DNA of 10,952 bases from Candidatus Eiseniibacteriota bacterium (GTDB taxonomy: Bacteria > Eisenbacteria > RBG-16-71-46 > JABDJR01 > JAWXBZ01), in NCBI GenBank assembly GCA_034440375.1, contig JAWXBZ010000002.1:1-10952 (forward strand), in the 5' to 3' direction. Positions 6,501 to 10,952 of the stretch are shown here, one piece after another; position 1 is the first letter of the stretch, and the number at the start of each line of letters is the position of its first letter. The notes under the pieces are model-generated. The model was not told the origin of the DNA and did not search any database. It saw nothing but the letters and a program-made list of their open reading frames with translations. A program made the translations under genes and the position numbers.

Positions 6501-8974
6501 GCACCGGTCACGGCGTCGATCCGATAGATTGCTCCGGGGCCGCCGCCGGGAATCTGGCCGATCTTGTCCAGGTCGTAGCACGAGGTATGCGTGACGAAGA
6601 TGTTGCCGTACTCGTCGAGCGTGAGGCCGAAAACCGAGCCGAGCGAATCGGCCTTCCAGCTGTTCCCGGGGCCGTTGAAACGAAGGACCGTGGCCCAGTC
6701 CACATCCTCCGTCGGCGCCGGGCTGCCGAGGTCGAAGATCGTCACGGCATAGGGAGAGTTCGCCGACTTCTCGCGGGTCCCAACCAGAATATGCGATGAC
6801 AGGGTCGGGGCCTGCGCCCCCTGGAAGCGGGGAGCCCGCGTGCAGCAGGTGTCCGGCGGGCTGACGCAGGCGGCGCACGATTCGGGGAGTTCCGGTTGGA
6901 ACTTGAGCACAAAGGCATCGATGGCCCCACTGCCATAGCTGGTGTCATAGGCCGTGGCGGTCAGCGGGAAGCCGGCGCCCTGCGTATTGCCGGTCAGGTA
7001 CCGGCGCCCGAGCGGGTCGACCTTGAAATCGTAGGGAATATCGGCGTAGATGCCGCCGATGAATGTGCTCTCCAGGATGTTGGCGCCTGCCTGGTCGAAC
7101 CGCGTGATGAAGATGTCCCAGTCACCGTTGTAGGTGGGATCAAAGGCGCCGGCGGTTGTCGGGAATGTCGGCGAGTTGGTGAAACCACTGACCGTGATTT
7201 CACCGCCGAAGGTCATATGCAGCCGCGCGGCATAGTCCGCATTGGCCCCGCCGAGATAGGTGCTGTAGAAGACGAAATTCGAGCTCGGGAGGACGAACAT
7301 CACGAAGCCGTCGTGAGGCCCCCCGCCGTAGGTCGTCTGGTACGCACCGCTCGTGGTCGGAAAGTTGGTCGAACTCGTGATGCCGTCGAAGGCCACGCCG
7401 ATGAAGTCGACCGCCACGGCGCCGCCGTAGTCCTGCCCCGAGCCGCCGAACTTCTGGCTGTAGATGAGATCGGCCGGCCCGGCGCCCGCGGGTTGAATCT
7501 CGGAGAGGAAGGCGTCGAAACTGCCGTTGAAGGGTGGTCCGCCGCCGGCCGGAAAATTCGATGAACGGGTACCACCGCCGATGTAGGCGTTGCCGGCCAC
7601 ATCCACGGCCAGGCCATGACTTTCATCCGAGGCATTGCCGCCCAGGTAGGTGCTGTACACCAGGTCGGCCGGGCCGAGGCTGGCCAGCGACAGGATGGAG
7701 AGGACCACGTCGCTGTCGCCGTTCTGGGTGGCGTCATAGCAGCCGGCCGTGGTCGGGTAATTCGAGCCCGCATCACCGCTGACATAAACCCGGCCGGCCG
7801 GCCCCAACACTAATCCGCTGTTCGTGTCGCTGTCCGTGCCACCCAGGTAGGTGCTGTAGAGCAGCGCGCCGGTCGCCGACAATCGGGCCACGAACAAATC
7901 GACCTCACCCGGGTTCGTGCCGTTGAACGTGGCGTCGTAGCAACCGGCGGTCGTCGGAAAGTCATTCGAGCCGGTGGTGCCGCTGATGAACGCATTGTCG
8001 TTGGCATCCACATCGATCGCGTAACCGATCTGATCCTCGGACCCGCCCAGGAACACGCTCCAGAGCAGCGATTCACCATTCGCGGCCAGCTTTGTGATGA
8101 ATACGGAGTAATTCGTGGAGGGCACCGGGCTCCCGGTGGCCGGGAAGTCCGGCGACAGCGTTCCCCCGATCACCCAGGCCTCGCCGGCGGCGTTGTACTC
8201 GATGCCATGCGACTCGTCGTAGGAACCGCCGCCGAGATAGGTGCTGTAGTGAAGGACCGGGTCGATGACCAGCGGGGCGGTCGGGTCGAGCGGATCGAGC
8301 ACGTTGAAGGCAAAGGTGTTGTCGTCCAGCAGTCGGTACGTAGCGCGCACCGGCCGACGTTTGCCATCCACGATCTGCCAGGCCACCGGCGCCCGCTCGA
8401 TCACGTCGCCGAAACGGGTCGTCACGCTCAGATCCCCGGCGGGCGTCACGGCCAGCCGCTCCACGCCGTCGTAGTGCAGGCGGATTTGCTTCCAGTCGGC
8501 GCCGGGCGAAAGCTCAAAGTCGTATTCAAGCTGCCCGTCGCCACCGTGGTAGACCAGGTCAATGCCCGGGTAGAGGGCGGCATAGCGCACGGCGCCGAAA
8601 TTGCGCACGGCGGTGTGCCAGGCCGCTGGATCGGAGCCACTATAGTAGTGGCTGAGATGGGGGGCTGGCACTTCGCCTAAGAGTTCGGGCGTCGGTCGGG
8701 CACCCGGAAAGGTGACGCGGAGGGCGATCGATTCGAGTTCGGAGTTTTCCGGTCCTCCCCGCCGCGTCAGGTAGCAGGTCATCCCCTCCCCACGGAACTC
8801 CACGGTGGCCCCGGGCACACTTCCGGAAAAGCGCGTGGCGGCCGGCCACTGGCCCGCGTTTTCCGCGAAGCAGAGCGACTGGCTGGCCGGCTGAATCGAA
8901 ATCGGCGCGGCCACAGCCGGCAGGGCCGACAGCAGACTGAAGGACCCCAGGGCAAGGAGGAGGCACGCATTCAT
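3539..8974 (-). CDS. Large secreted multidomain protein, 1811 aa: signal peptide, N-terminal SBBP-associated domain, 7 SBBP repeats, second propeller-like region, SdrD B-like, LamG/ConA-like, Cys-rich Ig-like, FlgD-Ig/T9SS-type-A-like CTD
   Basis: SD GAGAGGA lies 8 nt before ATG8974. Signal peptide MNACLLLALGSFSLLSALPAVA. FAENAGQW...LVIDP N-domain. YSTYLGG-type repeats. GQKYNDLNHNGVKDNGEPG...MDFGN (SdrD-B, ~5312..5600). WWSFDE...WTHLAVS...FDGWLDELEFFNSPLS (LamG, ~4620..5260). MPNPF...VYDLSGRRVR...WDGRDDDGR..SSGIYFVRL (CTD, 3539..3793). Confidence 0.93.
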   Translation of the reverse strand: MNACLLLALGSFSLLSALPAVAAPISIQPASQSLCFAENAGQWPAATRFSGSVPGATVEFRGEGMTCYLTRRGGPENSELESIALRVTFPGARPTPELLGEVPAPHLSHYYSGSDPAAWHTAVRNFGAVRYAALYPGIDLVYHGGDGQLEYDFELSPGADWKQIRLHYDGVERLAVTPAGDLSVTTRFGDVIERAPVAWQIVDGKRRPVRATYRLLDDNTFAFNVLDPLDPTAPLVIDPVLHYSTYLGGGSYDESHGIEYNAAGEAWVIGGTLSPDFPATGSPVPSTNYSVFITKLAANGESLLWSVFLGGSEDQIGYAIDVDANDNAFISGTTGSNDFPTTAGCYDATFNGTNPGEVDLFVARLSATGALLYSTYLGGTDSDTNSGLVLGPAGRVYVSGDAGSNYPTTAGCYDATQNGDSDVVLSILSLASLGPADLVYSTYLGGNASDESHGLAVDVAGNAYIGGGTRSSNFPAGGGPPFNGSFDAFLSEIQPAGAGPADLIYSQKFGGSGQDYGGAVAVDFIGVAFDGITSSTNFPTTSGAYQTTYGGGPHDGFVMFVLPSSNFVFYSTYLGGANADYAARLHMTFGGEITVSGFTNSPTFPTTAGAFDPTYNGDWDIFITRFDQAGANILESTFIGGIYADIPYDFKVDPLGRRYLTGNTQGAGFPLTATAYDTSYGSGAIDAFVLKFQPELPESCAACVSPPDTCCTRAPRFQGAQAPTLSSHILVGTREKSANSPYAVTIFDLGSPAPTEDVDWATVLRFNGPGNSWKADSLGSVFGLTLDEYGNIFVTHTSCYDLDKIGQIPGGGPGAIYRIDAVTGAMKIFCRLPNYPDPGIASPDNLPGLGNITYDCRHQQFFVTNIEDGRIYRIKPNGVNGMTGTIQDVFDPGVQDLGPTNYLAPLNTVPSPGWAPLGERLWGVQWHMDRVYYGVWAEDVGAPSSTIANEIRSVALNAAGAFIGSSDQHELFLPPLAPWNYSMPVSDISFHANGKMLLGERGITDETVSSPHAARSLEYGCEGGCWLPANAYQIGACCNGENCGGGIDYDNFAFTGGPIGRVWSSGDALHLGAAYTDELFGYQGSRPTGGSNLTAVLIDDDGNTVLIDKSFIGDVEAPGCIGGELGQICGQKYNDLNHNGVKDNGEPGMLGWTIMLNGPGGPYTAYTDEQGNFCFNYLLPGSYTLSEVGLPGWIQTAPAGGSYVVNLAAGQMLTGMDFGNYFCTTAPPCVTPPPGMGAWWSFDEAGGTLAMDVTHASPAKNTLQLFGGAEFSADGLIGNALHLAGASDYAVVQDVQQLGLDFETGSFAFDTWLNLNPGLAGPRMVAEKRTLISLMPYRTRGWALYLNGEQCFLEIGTSEVTETFAGPTITAGSWTHLAVSVDRVLGVGTWYVNGAPSPGGTFAPPAGSVFNNADLYVGRQSPAFGAGVPFDGWLDELEFFNSPLSAQSVSAIAAAGNGKCKEFCRVPAVTSFCKDKTTVTVCMNIVNNTTGPQSYHWSVAGLPTGPGCTVNGPITFSPAAGTVTVPAGGTSSPICVTITRPAGFTAQNATSCFAFSYVNDQTGVCRSCTGTLRADNSCWCVTPTQPGVVGVGQRFAGGFVGVPIGIGIKHPCPPIDLIQYSLTAVYEGSGDHPDPLAVSLNGLPPGEPVLGQLSLGENEEAEVSVLVTYPREYDPAGLYQIVMEADTDGDGFTEIVSCTPIASTYDPDPTSGVPVAPLVPNGLRLTAMPNPFQASATIAFVLPAAGDVDLAVYDLSGRRVRALRQGRLDAGTQNIAWDGRDDDGRATSSGIYFVRLQSGSVRLQTKLVKLR
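6890..8248 (-). repeat. Seven intragenic SBBP-type repeats (62-68 aa period)
   Basis: Anchors YSTYLGG 8248, WSVFLGG 8062, YSTYLGG 7858, YSTYLGG 7657, YSQKFGG 7462, YSTYLGG 7267, ESTFIGG 7072. Spacings are 186, 204, 201, 195, 195 and 195 nt. Confidence 0.88.
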
Positions 8975-9177
8975 GTCTGAGATCCTCTCGCAGGATGACG
9001 GCAGAGCGTCCGGGACGGGAATCTGGTCGGTTCGCAGAATTTCGATTCCCCGCCCGCAGGGGCGGGGCCAAGATGGCCGGTCAATCTGGCAAGGTGATTT
9101 TAGACCACGGCGCCTTCCGATGCCGCCAAAATATGTGCCTCCGGACGAGCCGGAGGACGGCGAGCCTCTTCGTGCGG

Positions 9178-9186
9178 TGTGATATT
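9178..9186 (+). promoter_or_regulatory. Putative extended -10 element (TGtGATATT) giving a near-leaderless mRNA for the 64-aa gene
   Basis: The element ends 8 nt before ATG9195, and there is no SD upstream of that ATG. Confidence 0.4.
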
Positions 9187-9194
9187 CTGACGGC

Positions 9195-9389
9195 ATGGAA
9201 CGGCAATTGCGGGTATTTTCCACTCATGAGGAAGCGGACCGCGCCGACGTGGCCTACTACGCGTCACTGACCCCCGCCGAGCGCCTCGAGATCCTCCTGG
9301 AACTGATCAACCGGCACCGGAAGACCAATGGCGATGCTGCACAAGGATTTGTGAGAGTTTGTCGAGTTATTGAACTCTCACAAAGTTGA
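9195..9389 (+). CDS. Small hypothetical protein (64 aa), putative antitoxin-like partner of a nucleotidyltransferase
   Basis: MERQLRVFSTHEEADRADVAYYASLTPAERLEILLEL...FVRVCRVIELSQS resembles small 'LTPxERL' proteins commonly encoded upstream of and overlapping small nucleotidyltransferase genes. The same overlap is seen here. Confidence 0.75.
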   Translation: MERQLRVFSTHEEADRADVAYYASLTPAERLEILLELINRHRKTNGDAAQGFVRVCRVIELSQS

Positions 9390-9453
9390 GTTTCTGATTG
9401 TCGGCGGAGGCCGTACGAGAGACCGGGACAACATCGAGAAACTGGAGGGATAG
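9328..9453 (+). pseudogene. Remnant of a small nucleotidyltransferase (DUF6036/AbiEii-like) gene with a premature stop and a large internal deletion
   Basis: Manual translation: MAMLHKDL*EFVELLNSHKVEFLIVGG|GRTRDRDNIEKLEG*. The first part resembles the family N-terminus (..DFxEFxxLLNxxxVEYLIVGG) and the second the C-terminus (GRxKDxxDxxxL). TGA at 9352..9354, TAG at 9451..9453. Confidence 0.75.
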
Positions 9454-9508
9454 CTACTTCCACAAGCGCCAAGAATGCGGCCGCCCCATGGCCGCTCTGG
9501 GAGGTCAC

Positions 9509-10930
9509 ATGCAATCTCGGTATCCAGCCGCCATCGTCCTGATGGTTGTCGTCGTCAGTTCCAGTCTCCAGACCGCTCAAGCGGTTGATTTCGACATCCC
9601 CGGAACCCACCCCACCATGCAGGCGGCTGTGGCCGCCGCGGCCGTCAGCCCCGACATCAACAACACGATCACGATCAGCGTGTCGCCGGTCCAGACCAAT
9701 GCGTCCATCGACATCGGCGCGGCGTTCAGTCCGGCACGGCGCCTGGTCATCCGACCGGGGGCGGCGCTCACGCGGGCCAGCATCGTCAACTCGACTCCCG
9801 GCGTGACGGTCGTGAGCCTGCTGTCCGCCGCCAATGTCACGATCCAGGACCTGGACATCCTGCGAAACATCACGAACAACAACCACATCGTGAGCATCAA
9901 CCAGTGCGAAGAGATCCTGATCGAGCGATGCCGCATCGGTTCCAACTGGACGACGCCCGGCACGCCCAGCTGGGCCAACGTTCGCATTCTCTACCCGACC
10001 GCGATCCTTCTTCGAAACAATATTTTGTTCGCCCGCTCCGCCGGCACGTTCGATTACGGCATCAACGCGGACAGCTTCAACGACGCGGCCAACTCGCTCC
10101 GGCTGTACAATAATGTTGTTTCCGATTATCGGACGTACGGCATTCGAATCGAGGCCGCGATTGCCGGCCCGCTGGTGCTGCTTCGAAACAATGTCGTGGT
10201 CAACCTGGCCGCTCTCGTGCCGGAGCCGGTGGCGTACCGGACGGAGGCCGCCGGTGGCGGGCCGACCGTCATCACCTCGCACAATGTCTGCTTCGCCTCC
10301 GCCGGTTTCGAGGAGACTGGTGCGGGAGGCGCGCAGAGCATCGCCGGCCTTGCATCATTCTTCCTGATGTTCCTCAAGCCCAACGTGGTCCCGTCTTTCA
10401 CCCAGACCTTGTGGACCACCGCCCCTCCCTATGATGCCAACACGAACATGTACCGGCTCGTCAACGGCGGCCCGCCGCACAACGCCCCCGGTGACTACGG
10501 CATGACCGTCGGCAACGTCGGTTCCGACATCGCCGTCATCGACGACATCGAAGGTGACGTGCGACCGGGTGGCCCGGGCCCACACACCGACCGGGGAGCC
10601 GACCAGCTCGAACCCGGCGTCATGTCGGGAATCGGTGACATTGATATCCGCTCCGAGGGACTCCGGGCTGCGGTGCGGCGTGGCCCTTCCGGCGAAGTTT
10701 CTCTTGAATACTGTGCGGCCTTCGCCGGTCGACTCGATCTCCGAATTGTGGACGTTGGCGGACGGCTGCTGTATGGCAGCGGTCGTCAGGTCGAAGCCGC
10801 TTCGACCGGCGTCTTCGGGTGGCCAGCAGCCCTGGAGAGTGGACACGGCGTCGTGTTCTATCGCCTGACCCTGGTGCGTCTGGAAGGGCCACGGCAGGCG
10901 GTCAGCGGCAAGGTGATTCGCGGCGGGTGA
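9509..10930 (+). CDS. Secreted right-handed parallel beta-helix (pectin-lyase-like fold) protein with degenerate C-terminal sorting-like domain, 473 aa
   Basis: GGAGGT just before ATG9509. Signal peptide ending AQA|VD. N-cap IPGTHPTMQAAVAAA. Beta-helix strands NVTIQDLDI, LLRNNIL, LRLYNNVV, YGIRI, LLRNNVV. Cap motif DIEGDVR...DRGADQ. Tail IVDVGGRLL...GVVFYRL...GKVI. Confidence 0.85.
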   Translation: MQSRYPAAIVLMVVVVSSSLQTAQAVDFDIPGTHPTMQAAVAAAAVSPDINNTITISVSPVQTNASIDIGAAFSPARRLVIRPGAALTRASIVNSTPGVTVVSLLSAANVTIQDLDILRNITNNNHIVSINQCEEILIERCRIGSNWTTPGTPSWANVRILYPTAILLRNNILFARSAGTFDYGINADSFNDAANSLRLYNNVVSDYRTYGIRIEAAIAGPLVLLRNNVVVNLAALVPEPVAYRTEAAGGGPTVITSHNVCFASAGFEETGAGGAQSIAGLASFFLMFLKPNVVPSFTQTLWTTAPPYDANTNMYRLVNGGPPHNAPGDYGMTVGNVGSDIAVIDDIEGDVRPGGPGPHTDRGADQLEPGVMSGIGDIDIRSEGLRAAVRRGPSGEVSLEYCAAFAGRLDLRIVDVGGRLLYGSGRQVEAASTGVFGWPAALESGHGVVFYRLTLVRLEGPRQAVSGKVIRGG

Positions 10931-10952
10931 CGCCCGCAGGCGATGTGGAGAA

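Noticed and set aside
7052-8248. Recurring DNA word GGTGCTGTA as a CRISPR or DGR-type repeat
   Set aside because: Explained by in-frame YSTYLGG protein repeats. Spacing is ~195 nt, and there is no cas or reverse transcriptase gene in the window.
4019-8680. ORFs nested in or antisense to the giant gene (e.g. 5210..6799 +, 5826..6878 -, 6896..7564 +)
   Set aside because: Shadow frames with no recognisable domains.
8975-9223. 83-aa extension of the giant ORF from ATG9223
   Set aside because: The signal peptide and SD are at ATG8974, and the extension would overlap the 64-aa gene on the opposite strand.
9352-9354. In-frame TGA as selenocysteine or recoding
   Set aside because: The position corresponds to a non-catalytic basic residue, the gene also lacks its core, and TGA serves as a normal stop at 9389 and 10930.
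9257-10282. 341-aa minus-strand ORF and the 9398 start for the last gene
   Set aside because: The minus-strand ORF is an antisense shadow. The true start is ATG9509, given the SD and signal peptide.

Overview
High-GC bacterial window. The FlgD-Ig/T9SS-type-A-like C-terminal tails suggest an FCB-group lineage such as Ca. Eisenbacteria, Krumholzibacteriota or Latescibacterota (inference). It contains five main elements. (1) A membrane Hanks-type Ser/Thr kinase with a TPR-like extracytoplasmic region (190..2784, +). (2) A convergently oriented TIGR02999/ECF43-like ECF sigma factor with the phosphorylatable 'QPT' Thr (2821..3381, -). (3) An ~1811-aa Cys-rich secreted multidomain protein: SBBP repeats, a second propeller-like region, SdrD-B, LamG, Ig-like and a FlgD-like CTD (3539..8974, -). 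(4) A 64-aa antitoxin-like gene overlapping a collapsed nucleotidyltransferase pseudogene that the ORF track misses (9195..9453, +). (5) A secreted parallel beta-helix protein with a degenerate CTD (9509..10930, +). A divergent gene probably starts at the left edge. The best candidate for an undescribed system is a kinase/phospho-ECF switch controlling the flanking secreted proteins. Shared upstream motifs (GTCTAAAAT...GCCATCT) and a 35-bp-period repeat support this, but it is unproven. Family assignments come from motif recognition, not database searches.
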